Source: Desulfobacteraceae bacterium (GTDB taxonomy: Bacteria > Desulfobacterota > Desulfobacteria > Desulfobacterales > UBA5616). Taken from it: a stretch of 64,000 nt of DNA. Location: the NCBI GenBank assembly GCA_013791935.1, contig VMSV01000023.1, forward strand, positions 4,779 to 68,778, given 5' to 3'. The translations under genes were made by a program, and so were the position numbers. Below are positions 54,101 through 63,245 of the stretch, piece after piece. The notes beneath the pieces are model-generated. The model did no database searches and was not told where the DNA came from. It saw nothing but the letters and a program-made list of their open reading frames with translations. Each line of letters begins with the position of its first letter. The stretch's first letter is position 1.

Positions 54101-55625
54101 GGACCTCATGAAGGATCTCATTGCGGAGCACCAACTCAACCGGATTGTGGTCGCCTCCTGCACCCCCAAAACCCATGAAGCCATTTTCATGGATACCCTT
54201 GAATCCTGCGGCATCAACAAGTACCTTTTTGAGATGGCCAATATTCGAAACCAGAATTCCTGGATCCATTCCGATGCCCCTGAAAAAGCCACGGAAAAAG
54301 CAAAGGATCTCATTCGCATGGCCGTGGCCCGTTCCGCTTCCCTTTACCCTCTCCATGAAAAAATCATTCCTGTGAATAAAAGGGCTCTGGTGGTGGGGGG
54401 CGGTATCGCCGGCATGAACGCGGCCCTGGGACTTGCCGAGCAGGGATTTGAAACCGTTTTGGTGGAAAAAGAAAAACAGCTCGGCGGAACCGCCACTCGG
54501 CTTACCCAAACCATTGAAGGGGTGAAGATTGAGCCCTATTTGCGCAATCTGATCCAACTCACCATGAATAATCCTAAAATACAGGTTCTCGCCCAGTCCC
54601 TCATTGTTGGATTTTCCGGGTTTAAAGGCAATTTTCAAACGGAGATCCTGGTGGGTCCCGGCATGTATGAGCGGAAAATCGACCATGGTGCGGTGATCCT
54701 CGCCACCGGAGCCACGGAATACAAGCCCAAGGAATTCCTCTATGGTATCGATGAAAGGGTTCTCACCCAGATCGAACTGGCCCAGCGCCTGGAAAATTCC
54801 GGGGCAAAAGACCTGAGCCAGGTGGTGATGATTCAATGTGTGGGCTCCAGAAACAAAGAAAACCCCAACTGCTCCAGAATCTGCTGCCAGAGTGCCATCA
54901 AAAACGCCCTGCACATCAAGGAGCTGAACCCGGATGCGGACCTTTACATCCTCTACCGGGATATCCGCATGTACGGCTTCCTGGAAGATTACTATACGGA
55001 AGCCCGTAAAAAAGGCATCTACTTTTTCCGGTATGATCTGGAAGATATGCCGGATGTTCAAGCCACTCCCGAGGGTCTTGAGATTGTCTTCACGGACCAT
55101 GTGCTGGGAAGAAAACTTTCGGTCACCGCAGACTTGCTGGCCCTGAGTGCTGCCATGGTGCCGGAGGATACCGAAGAACTTGCATCCATCATGAAATTGG
55201 CCCGAAATGAAGAAGGTTTTTTCATGGAAGCCCATGTGAAGCTTCGGCCCGTGGACATGGCCACCGAAGGAGTCTTCGTCTGCGGTACGGCCCACAGTCC
55301 TCGATTGATCACGGAAACCATTTCCCAGGCCTATGCGGCTGCGTCCCGTGCCGTAACCTTTCTCTCCCAGGATCAGATCACCCTATCCGCGGTAACGGCC
55401 CGGGTGAACCCGGATAAATGCGCGTCCTGCCTGATCTGTGTAAGATCCTGCGCGTACAATGTTCCAAGAATCAACAAGGAAGGGGTCAGCGAAATTGATG
55501 AAGCCCTTTGCCGGGGTTGCGGGGTATGTGCCGCCGAATGCCCGGCCAAGGCCATTGAGTTGAACTGGTATGAGGACAACCAAATACTATGCAAGGTGGA
55601 ATCCTTATTGGAGGGGGTATTATGA
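51159..55625 (+). CDS. hdrA: Giant selenocysteine-containing HdrA-like flavoprotein (two HdrA modules with an inserted NfnB/GltD-like NAD(P)H module; 'HdrL'-like); UGA-Sec at 51378..51380
   Basis: ORFs 51159..51380 and 51429..55625 are in frame across TGA. The read-through gives [20 protein letters not shown], matching the HdrA CxxC(I/V)xxPK motif. Also present are GGGIAGM dinucleotide folds, GltD-like [12 protein letters not shown] / [11 protein letters not shown], and several CxxCxxC ferredoxin motifs. Confidence 0.9.
51378..51413 (+). other. Sec-UGA plus candidate SECIS hairpin of hdrA
   Basis: The stem CUGGUC/GGCCGG has the loop GAGGUC (contains GGUC, as in the E. coli fdhF SECIS loop) and starts 15 nt after the UGA. 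Confidence 0.55.
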
Positions 55626-56056
55626 GTTTGGACTTTGAACCGATCATCATCGCGTTCTGCTGTAATTTCTGAGGGTACACCGCTGCGGACCTGGCAGGTT
55701 CCATGAGGCTCAAATACCCTTCCAGCATTAAAATCATTCGCGTTCCATGCACCGGAAAAGTCGACCTGCTGCATGTTCTTCGGGCTTTTGAAAAAGGGGC
55801 CGACGGGGTTTATGTGGTGGGATGCGAAGAAGGCAGCTGCCAATACACCAAAGGCAATTTCAGGGCCCGGAAAAGAATAGAACAGGCCCAGAATATTCTG
55901 GATACCATCGGCATCGGCGGGGAGCGCGCCCAGATGTATAATTTGTCCTCCGGTGAAGGCACCCGTTTTGCCCAGTTTGCCATTGAGATGGAAGAACGAA
56001 TCCAGAAACTCGGGCCCAATCCCATTAAGCTGGCCCACAACAAATCAGCCGCATAA
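55622..56056 (+). CDS. mvhD: MvhD (methyl-viologen-reducing hydrogenase delta subunit-like) selenoprotein; UGA-Sec at 55670..55672
   Basis: The ATG overlaps the hdrA stop (ATGA). Read-through gives [26 protein letters not shown], aligning with the MvhD F-x-C-N-W-C-x-Y-x-G-A-D-x-AG motif. Then RVPCTGKVD and GCEEGSCQY. Confidence 0.85.
55670..55702 (+). other. Sec-UGA plus candidate SECIS hairpin of mvhD
   Basis: GGACC-UGGCA-GG(U)UCC is a stem with a bulged U starting 14 nt after the UGA. Confidence 0.45.
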
Positions 56057-56095
56057 AGGACGAGGGTTTACTTTTATAGAAAGAGAGGTTGCCAA

Positions 56096-56764
56096 ATGAT
56101 TGTCGCGGACAAAAAACCCATTCAGGAAATTATTGAAACTGTTAAACATTGCGAAAAGATTCTGGTTCTCGGCTGCAATGAATGCGTCACCGTTTGCGAA
56201 GCCGGGGGCAAAAAGGAAGTCGGTATTCTATCCTCGGCATTGAGAATGTATTTTTTAAACCAGGGCAAAGAGATGAAAATCGACGAGATCACCCTGGAAA
56301 GACAGTGCGACCATGAATACCTGGACGAAATCCGGGATGTGGCCGATCAGTACGACGCCATCGTATCTCTTGCCTGCGGGGTTGGGGTTCAGTTTACCGC
56401 TGAAAAATATCCTTCCATGCCCGTCTATCCCGGGGTCAACACTTGTTTTCTCGGGGCCACGGAAAAAAGAGGACTATGGACGGAGCGGTGCCAAGCATGT
56501 GGCTCCTGCATTCTGGCCACAACCGGCGGCATCTGCCCGGTGTCCCGATGTGCCAAACGGGTCATGAATGGTCCCTGCGGCGGCTCCAGCAAAGGAAAGT
56601 GCGAAATCAGCAAGGACGTGGACTGCGCCTGGCAATTGATCATCGACCGTTTAAAGGCCATTGGCAGGCTGGAGGACTATGAAAAAGTGCAACCCATTAA
56701 AGACTGGTCAACCGACAGAGCTGGAGGACCGCGTAGAGTTGTCAGGGAGGATGTACAGCTATGA
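56096..56764 (+). CDS. metV: MetV (Cys-rich methylenetetrahydrofolate reductase-associated subunit, 'MTHFR C-terminal domain' family)
   Basis: LVLGCNECVTVC...CQACGSCILATTGGICPVSRCAKRVMNGPCGG. Confidence 0.85.
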   Translation: MIVADKKPIQEIIETVKHCEKILVLGCNECVTVCEAGGKKEVGILSSALRMYFLNQGKEMKIDEITLERQCDHEYLDEIRDVADQYDAIVSLACGVGVQFTAEKYPSMPVYPGVNTCFLGATEKRGLWTERCQACGSCILATTGGICPVSRCAKRVMNGPCGGSSKGKCEISKDVDCAWQLIIDRLKAIGRLEDYEKVQPIKDWSTDRAGGPRRVVREDVQL

Positions 56765-57693
56765 ATGTGAAAACACCCAGCAAACTGGAAAAAATTCTTC
56801 GATCCGGGCAATTGGCCGTCACATCGGAATGCGGTCCCCCCAGGGGAAGCGACCCGGAAGAGGTTGTTAAAAAAGCGAAATTGATCGGGGATTGTGTAGA
56901 TGCCATCAATGTGACGGACAATCAGACGTCCGTGGTGCGGATGAGCAGCCTTGCCGCCTGCATCCGGATCAAACTCCTGGGATACGAACCGGTGCTTCAG
57001 ATGGTGACCCGGGACAGGAACCGCATCGCCCTTCAAAGTGACATTCTGGGGGCCGCCTCCTTTGATATCCATAATCTTCTTTGCCTTTCGGGGGATCACC
57101 AAAGCTTCGGGGACAACAAGCAGGGCCAGAATGTTCATGACCTGGATTCCATGCAGCTCGTGCAGACCGTAAGGCATATGAGGGATGAAGGCAAATTTCT
57201 TAACGGGGATGAAATCAAGCGCCCCCCCCAAATGTTTGTGGGGGCTGCCGCCAATCCCTTTGCCGATCCCTTTGAAATCCGGGTCCCCAGGCTGGCCAAA
57301 AAAATTGCCTGCGGGGCGGAGTTTATTCAGACCCAGTGCATCTACAACCTGGATCGGTTTGAAGAATGGATGAAGCTCGCCAGGGATCGTGGCCTGCATG
57401 AAAAAGTTTTCATCATGGCCGGAATGACCCCCTTGAAATCCGTAGGCATGGCAAGGTATATGAAAAATCGTGTTCCTGGAATGGATGTCCCGGACGACGT
57501 TGTAAAAAGAATGGCGGATACACCAAAAGAAAAACAGGCGGAAGAAGGAATTAATATTTGCATTGAAGCCATTGAGCGGTTAAAGTCTGTGGAAGGGGTC
57601 AGCGGATTTCATATCATGGCCATTGAATGGGAAGAAAAAGTCCCGGAAATCGTAAAAAGAGCCGGTCTTTATCCCAGACCCAAGGTGGATTAA
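56761..57693 (+). CDS. metF: Methylenetetrahydrofolate reductase MetF (acetogen/sulfate-reducer type)
   Basis: ECGPPRGSDPEE...VTDNQTSVVRMSS...TRDRNRIALQSDILGA...CLSGDHQSFGDN. It overlaps the metV stop. Confidence 0.9.
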   Translation: MNVKTPSKLEKILRSGQLAVTSECGPPRGSDPEEVVKKAKLIGDCVDAINVTDNQTSVVRMSSLAACIRIKLLGYEPVLQMVTRDRNRIALQSDILGAASFDIHNLLCLSGDHQSFGDNKQGQNVHDLDSMQLVQTVRHMRDEGKFLNGDEIKRPPQMFVGAAANPFADPFEIRVPRLAKKIACGAEFIQTQCIYNLDRFEEWMKLARDRGLHEKVFIMAGMTPLKSVGMARYMKNRVPGMDVPDDVVKRMADTPKEKQAEEGINICIEAIERLKSVEGVSGFHIMAIEWEEKVPEIVKRAGLYPRPKVD

Positions 57694-57752
57694 AAGTATC
57701 GTTGTTTTTCAAGGTTTTCATTTCTTTGATTCATTATGAAAGGAGATATCTC

Positions 57753-58142
57753 ATGGCTGATAAAAAATTGATACTGGTGGTGGATGATGAACCTGATTTT
57801 GTTTCCATCGTTCAGAGTAATCTTCAAAAGGAAGGCTTTGCAGTAAATGTTGCCTATGACGGCGTTGAAGGGCTTGAAAAAGTCCGTCAGAATCCTCCGG
57901 ACCTGATCGTACTGGACGTCATGATGCCTGAAAAGGACGGGTACCAGATGTGCTCCGAGCTGAAAAAGGACAAGAAATATGCAGGGATTCCCATCCTCAT
58001 GCTTACGGCGGTGGCGGATCATGTTTCTTCCACACGGTATTCCCATTACAACGGCATGAGCATGGAAGCAGACGATTATCTTCCGAAACCCGCCACGGCC
58101 GAAGATATTGTCGAAAGTATCAAAAGGTTGTTAAACCTCTAA
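57753..58142 (+). CDS. Stand-alone response regulator receiver protein
   Basis: AAGGAG lies before the ATG at 57753. LILVVDDEPDF...LIVLDVMMPEKDG...DDYLPKP. Confidence 0.9.
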   Translation: MADKKLILVVDDEPDFVSIVQSNLQKEGFAVNVAYDGVEGLEKVRQNPPDLIVLDVMMPEKDGYQMCSELKKDKKYAGIPILMLTAVADHVSSTRYSHYNGMSMEADDYLPKPATAEDIVESIKRLLNL

Positions 58143-58209
58143 AGAATAAAGAATCAGATCCTGCCATGGCTGTTTGCTTTCAACCCATAAAATGGCCATG
58201 GAGCACAGA

Positions 58210-58244
58210 CCGATGGATTTTGCCACGTTCAGAAAAATCCATCG
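58210..58244. repeat. Perfect 12-bp inverted repeat (hairpin) between the REC gene and aroE
   Basis: CCGATGGATTTT-11 nt-AAAATCCATCGG. No clear U-tract follows. Confidence 0.7.
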
Positions 58245-58329
58245 GTCACGGTATATTCTTCAAGCAACCCTTCCAACGTAAAATAGAATTGAAGCCACCT
58301 ATCTTTTCGTTTTACCCCGGGAATATTGA

Positions 58330-59187
58330 ATGAACGACTTTTTTTCCCTGAAAAGTTCAAAACTTGCCATCGGAACCAAGGTGTTTTGCATTCTAAGCGA
58401 TGAGCGTGCTTTTCAGTCTAAATCTCCGGCCATGTTTTCAAAAGTCATGGAAAGGGTAGGGGTAAAAGGGGTCTATGTGCCTTTCATGGTAAAACCCGAA
58501 AAGCTGGGGGAGGCCATTCATTCCTTAAGAATCCTGAATATTGCGGGGGCCAATATTACCGTTCCCTACAAAGAAGCGGTCATCCCGTTCATGGACACCC
58601 TGTCCGAAAGCGCTAAAATCATGGGGGCCATCAACACCATCGCCCGGGACGGGGATAAGTTCAAGGGCTACAACACCAACGCCATCGGTTTTATGGACAC
58701 GCTCGAATCCGTGGGATTCGATCCCACGGGAAAATCCGCTCTGGTCTTCGGTTCAGGCGGTGCGGCCCGGGCCGTTGTATTCATCCTGAACTGGCTCAGG
58801 GCCAATTCCATTCGCATTGCCGCAAGGAACACCACCAAAGCTAAAATCATTGCAAAAGACCTTGGGGGAGAAGCGGTTACCATTGACAGTTTAATGGCAA
58901 ACCCTTTTCCTGCGGATATCATTGTGAACACAACCTCCGTTTCCTCCCATCATGAGGCCCCGGTCTTTGCCGAAATGATCTTGAAAATGACCGCCCCGAA
59001 CTGTGAGCTGATCATTGATCTCAATTACGGAAGAGGGGAAAATTTCTGGGAGGATTTCGCACGGATCAAAAAAATCCGTTTTATGGATGGGCTAACCACC
59101 CTGGCCCATCAGGCCATGCGGACCTTTGCCCTCTGGACCGGCATAAAAGTGGAACCCAAAGAATTTCTTAAGGCCCTGGATGAATAA
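58330..59187 (+). CDS. aroE: Shikimate dehydrogenase
   Basis: GANITVPYKEAV...MGAINTI...KGYNTNAIGF...VFGSGGAARAV. Confidence 0.9.
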   Translation: MNDFFSLKSSKLAIGTKVFCILSDERAFQSKSPAMFSKVMERVGVKGVYVPFMVKPEKLGEAIHSLRILNIAGANITVPYKEAVIPFMDTLSESAKIMGAINTIARDGDKFKGYNTNAIGFMDTLESVGFDPTGKSALVFGSGGAARAVVFILNWLRANSIRIAARNTTKAKIIAKDLGGEAVTIDSLMANPFPADIIVNTTSVSSHHEAPVFAEMILKMTAPNCELIIDLNYGRGENFWEDFARIKKIRFMDGLTTLAHQAMRTFALWTGIKVEPKEFLKALDE

Positions 59188-60681
59188 TCAGCGGTTGACC
59201 GGCAACATGACGGTGAATGTGGATCCCATGCCCGGTGTGCTTTCAACGGTGATGGTGCCCCCCAGGGAATCCACCAAACCCTTGACAATGGGCAATCCCA
59301 GACCTGTTCCTGTGATAAACCGCGTGTTTTCGTTTTTAACCCTGTAGAATTTTTCGAAAATCTGGTCCAGGTATTTTGCGTCTATTCCGAAGCCATTGTC
59401 CTCCACACTCACCAGAATCTTATCCATGGCCTGGGAGGCCGTGACCTGGATACGTCCGCCATCCTGGGTATAGTTGATGGCATTGGTGATGAGGTTGCCG
59501 AAAATGCTTTCAAGGGCCATGGGGTCTGTTGTGAGCTCGGAAAGCTTTGTCTCGGAAAGTTTCAGGGTCAAGGTCTGATTCTTTGCTTTTACCCGCACAT
59601 CCAAAAAATCCACCACGCTTTTCAGGAGGTCCTCCAGTTGAATGGGCTTAAGATCCATTTTTGCGCTTTTGGATTCAATTCGGGACAAATCCAGCAGGTC
59701 ACCGATCATGGAAATCAGGCTCTGGGTTTTTTCCTGTGCTCGGGTGAGCAAGTACTGATCCCTCTGGGACTCTTCCTCCATGGCATCCCTCAAGACCACA
59801 CCAAGCTGCTCGTGAATGGTGGACAAAGGGGATCTCAGTTCATGGGACACTTTGGCCACAAACTCGGATTTCAACCGATCCAGGACCTTCATGGCTGTAA
59901 TATCCATAAAAGTTACTACGGCCCCCAAACATTCATTTTTCTCCCCGAGAACCGGCTGCCCCCTTGCCATGAGGTATTGGCCTGATCCGGTTGAAAATTC
60001 ATGGGTGGGAATATCTTCAAAATCAATGTACTTCCCCTTTGAAATGTCTATGACCAGCTTGCACAACTCCTCCTCGGAAACATAAAAATTAATAGCGTTG
60101 TGCAATGGAGTCTGGGGGGAAAGGCCGAAGAGTCTCTGAAATGCCGGGTTCATGAGCACAACCTGGCCATTGCGGTTGGTCACCACCACCCCGTTGGGAA
60201 GGGACTCAATAATGGTCCGGATTCGGCTCTTTTCCATGCCCAGATCGACCAGGGTCCGCCTTTTTTCAATTTCAAGTTTTTCAGCCTCGGTTCTCAGCCG
60301 AATGGTTTCCCTGGCCCGATTGACCACAATCCTCAACTGGTCCGGTTCAAAGGGTTTTGGAATGAAATCATAGGCCCCGCCTTTCATGGCTTCAATGGCA
60401 GTTTCCAGGGTGGCAAACCCTGTGATGACGATAACCAGAACCCGAATATATTTTTCCTTGATCCGCTGAAGGACCTCCATGCCGTCCATTCCCGGCATTT
60501 TCAAATCCAGCAGAACAATGGCGATGTCTTTTTCTCCGACAATTTTAAGGCCATCAGCCCCGTTTGAGGCCATAAAGACATCAAATTCCATGCGGGTGAG
60601 GATTCGTTTGGCACCCTCCCGAATGCTTTCCTCATCATCCACAATCAGCAGTTGAACATGATCCATTGATTCCTGATTCAT
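59188..60681 (-). CDS. Response-regulator/histidine-kinase fusion (REC - PAS - HisKA - HATPase)
   Basis: LLIVDDEESIR...LLDLKMPGMDG. H-box VSHELRSPL. Also DNGFGI and GTGLGLPIV. Confidence 0.9.
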   Translation of the reverse strand: MNQESMDHVQLLIVDDEESIREGAKRILTRMEFDVFMASNGADGLKIVGEKDIAIVLLDLKMPGMDGMEVLQRIKEKYIRVLVIVITGFATLETAIEAMKGGAYDFIPKPFEPDQLRIVVNRARETIRLRTEAEKLEIEKRRTLVDLGMEKSRIRTIIESLPNGVVVTNRNGQVVLMNPAFQRLFGLSPQTPLHNAINFYVSEEELCKLVIDISKGKYIDFEDIPTHEFSTGSGQYLMARGQPVLGEKNECLGAVVTFMDITAMKVLDRLKSEFVAKVSHELRSPLSTIHEQLGVVLRDAMEEESQRDQYLLTRAQEKTQSLISMIGDLLDLSRIESKSAKMDLKPIQLEDLLKSVVDFLDVRVKAKNQTLTLKLSETKLSELTTDPMALESIFGNLITNAINYTQDGGRIQVTASQAMDKILVSVEDNGFGIDAKYLDQIFEKFYRVKNENTRFITGTGLGLPIVKGLVDSLGGTITVESTPGMGSTFTVMLPVNR

Positions 60682-62219
60682 AGAGTCTTTTCTTCCTTTT
60701 CGCCCAGGGGCAGTTCAATCACAAAGGTTGCGCCCTTTCCAGGGGCCGTCTTGACGCTGATCTTACCGCCATGATTTTGAACAATACCATAGACAATGCT
60801 GAGCCCCAGGCCTGTTCCCTCTCCCTCGTCCTTGGTGGTGAAAAAAGGATCAAATATCTGGGACAAAATTTCATCCGGTATGCCGGGTCCGGTGTCGGAT
60901 ATTTCAATCCGAACCCTGTCCTTCTCCTCCTCCAGCATGGTTTTCACGGTAAGTTGCCCGGCGCCCTTCATGGCCTGGGCTGCATTCAAAATAATATTCA
61001 TGAAAAGATGATTGAGCTGCTGAATATCCCCGGACACCTTGGGAAGATTGTCGGCAAGTTGTTTGTGTATGGTGATATTCTGGAACAAGGTTTGATTTTC
61101 CAGCAGGAAAAAGGTCCGGGTAATGGCGCGGTTAATGTCGTTCAACTGCATTCGCTGCTGGGTCTGCCGGGCGAATTCAAGCAATTCCTTCACCGTGTCC
61201 CGGCAACGCTCGGCATCCTTCAAAATCCGCTTAAGATCATTCATCACCCCTTCTTCCAAGGTGTATTCTTCCATCATCAGCTTGGTAAAGAGAGTGATGC
61301 CCCCGAGAGGATTGTTCAACTGATGGGCAACCCCGGCCGCCAGTTTTCCCAGGGAGGCCATTTTTTCAGATTGGAGCAGCTGGACCTGGGTTTTTTCCAG
61401 CTCCGTCTTCATTCGAATATTTTCACGAAGGTCATGGAAATAGCCGATGGTGGCCACCTCTTTTTCACCCTCGTAGACAATGGCCGCATTCAGACTGATG
61501 GGGATCACTTCCCCTGTTTTCCTTAAAAAATCCACCTGGCAGGATTTAAGCTTGCCTTTTCCACCAAACTCATCGCTTCGAAGCTTCCGCATCACTTCCT
61601 TTGCGCCACCTTCGGGATAAACCTGCCGGATATCCAGATTCTCCAAGGCTTCCTCTACGCCATGCCCGCTGATTTCAGACGCGGCATCGTTAAAAACAAG
61701 AACCTTTCCGGTTTTGTCGGCGGCAATGACCCCATCCACCGAACTCAGCATGAGGTTTCTGAAAAAAGCATTGGACCGTTGCAGTTTTTCTTCCAATCCG
61801 GTCAGAATGGGAGGCTGAAAGTCCATGATGGCCAAGGCCTCGACGGTGTCACCGGAGATGATGGGATAGGCATAAAGGCAGGACCCTCTTCCTTCCCCCG
61901 AAGTGTCCTTGTCAGCTTCCCACATGACGGGTTCTCGGGAAAGGAAAATCTGTTTTGCCGGGCAATATCCGCAGACTTCGTTTTGGCCGAAAAAAGTTTC
62001 AAAGCATTTTTTCCCCGAACCAATGGAGCTGCCCTCCTTGCCGTCCCCCTGGTTTATGGCCAGAATCTCAAATTCGGTGGAAATGACGAAAAATCTTTTG
62101 CGAAAAGCATCTATGGCCTTGAGCAGGTATTCATTGTTTTTTTGCATCTGCATGTGTTTTCCACTTGCCCGTTCAGGGCTTATCAGCAGGTTCTTTTGTG
62201 ATCGCTGAGAAATAACCAT
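60678..62219 (-). CDS. Cytoplasmic sensor histidine kinase (Cys-containing N-terminal domain - PAS - HisKA - HATPase)
   Basis: H-box [13 protein letters not shown]. Also DTGPGI and GTGLGLSIV. The N-terminus has C-x9-C-x2-C ([18 protein letters not shown]). The true start may be the Met at 62153. Confidence 0.9.
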   Translation of the reverse strand: MVISQRSQKNLLISPERASGKHMQMQKNNEYLLKAIDAFRKRFFVISTEFEILAINQGDGKEGSSIGSGKKCFETFFGQNEVCGYCPAKQIFLSREPVMWEADKDTSGEGRGSCLYAYPIISGDTVEALAIMDFQPPILTGLEEKLQRSNAFFRNLMLSSVDGVIAADKTGKVLVFNDAASEISGHGVEEALENLDIRQVYPEGGAKEVMRKLRSDEFGGKGKLKSCQVDFLRKTGEVIPISLNAAIVYEGEKEVATIGYFHDLRENIRMKTELEKTQVQLLQSEKMASLGKLAAGVAHQLNNPLGGITLFTKLMMEEYTLEEGVMNDLKRILKDAERCRDTVKELLEFARQTQQRMQLNDINRAITRTFFLLENQTLFQNITIHKQLADNLPKVSGDIQQLNHLFMNIILNAAQAMKGAGQLTVKTMLEEEKDRVRIEISDTGPGIPDEILSQIFDPFFTTKDEGEGTGLGLSIVYGIVQNHGGKISVKTAPGKGATFVIELPLGEKEEKTL

Positions 62220-62275
62220 GGGGTTTTAACAGGCATCCCATGCAATGCACAAACCAAGTGGTTAACGAAATATCG

Positions 62276-62578
62276 TCATGAGTCGTCATCCACTTCGTTT
62301 TCCAGGGCATCATCCGAATCTTCATTTTCAGCCTCTTCCTCCCCCGTATCCTCCGGATTCTGATCCGGAACCAGACGGTTGATGAGAAGATACCCTTCCT
62401 GGAATTTTTGTTTGGTGAGTTCAATTCGCTGTTTGGCCAGTTTTTCACCACCGGCCTTTAAATAAATCAAGATTTTTTTCTGAAATTCCACGTCTTCCTT
62501 TTGTTCACTTGGCGCTTTCTTAATCAGACGCCGATAGGTTGACAGCAGATTTTCAGGAATTTCCAGTTCTTCAGTCAT
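62276..62578 (-). CDS. Hypothetical small protein with a highly acidic C-terminal tail
   Basis: 100-aa ORF whose tail reads EDTGEEEAENEDSDDALENEVDDDS. I recognised no family. Confidence 0.4.
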   Translation of the reverse strand: MTEELEIPENLLSTYRRLIKKAPSEQKEDVEFQKKILIYLKAGGEKLAKQRIELTKQKFQEGYLLINRLVPDQNPEDTGEEEAENEDSDDALENEVDDDS

Positions 62579-62679
62579 TCCTTATCCCTTTAAAAAATGT
62601 TTTTATCCATTTTTATTGCAAAAGCCCTGGCACCATGCCCTGAAAATTAAAACTAAAATCTTGATTCCAACCGCAGAAA

Positions 62680-62713
62680 AACCCGCCAGCAGATCTTAGC
62701 GGACCAGCGGGTT
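62680..62713 (-). terminator. Terminator-like hairpin downstream of the usp gene
   Basis: On the minus strand, AACCCGC...GCGGGTT is followed by TTTTCTG. Confidence 0.45.
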
Positions 62714-62724
62714 CATCGTTCGGA

Positions 62725-63210
62725 TTAATTAACAATCAATACCGAAACATCCTTCGAGAGGCTGAGCACTTTCTGGGAAACGCTGCCCATGATAAATTCC
62801 TTGATTCCGGAAAGCCCCCGCCGGCCAATGACGATGAGATCATAGCCCAACTTGGATTCTTCTATAATGTCCCTTGCAATCCCCTGTTTTTTTGCATTGG
62901 CCTTCAGAATGATTTTATCCTCCTGAAAACCTGCATCCAACAGCATTTGTTTTGCTTTCTCCAGGGCCTGTTCAATCAACTCCTTTTTCTTATTTTCCAG
63001 AAGGCAAAAATTGCTCTGCTGGGATTTAAAATAAGGGGTCAGTTCAGGGCTGTTCATTTCACATAAAGCCGCCGTGTCCGGCAGAATGCTGAAAAGGGTC
63101 AGCCGGCTGTCCGTATTGAAATTTTTCACCACAAACTCAATCGACCTCATGGCGTTTTCGGAGTCGTCAAATGCAATCAGTACTCTTTGCTCCATGGAAT
63201 ATTCCTCCAT
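62725..63210 (-). CDS. Universal stress protein (UspA family)
   Basis: VLIAFDDSENAMRS...DLIVIGRRGLSGIKEFIMGSVSQKVL. Confidence 0.9.
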   Translation of the reverse strand: MEEYSMEQRVLIAFDDSENAMRSIEFVVKNFNTDSRLTLFSILPDTAALCEMNSPELTPYFKSQQSNFCLLENKKKELIEQALEKAKQMLLDAGFQEDKIILKANAKKQGIARDIIEESKLGYDLIVIGRRGLSGIKEFIMGSVSQKVLSLSKDVSVLIVN

Positions 63211-63245
63211 TGATTGGGTTGTTCATCATTTGGAATGCACACACC

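Noticed and set aside
53691-55295. 534-aa ORF antisense to hdrA. Similar long antisense ORFs are at 39253..40425, 12588..13466, 94..795, 36863..37840, 43829..44566, 21677..22420 and 29622..30395.
   Set aside because: Each lies entirely inside, and opposite to, a gene with clear family motifs. Their translations are low-complexity (Gly/Pro/His/Arg-rich) with no recognisable domains. These are shadow ORFs.
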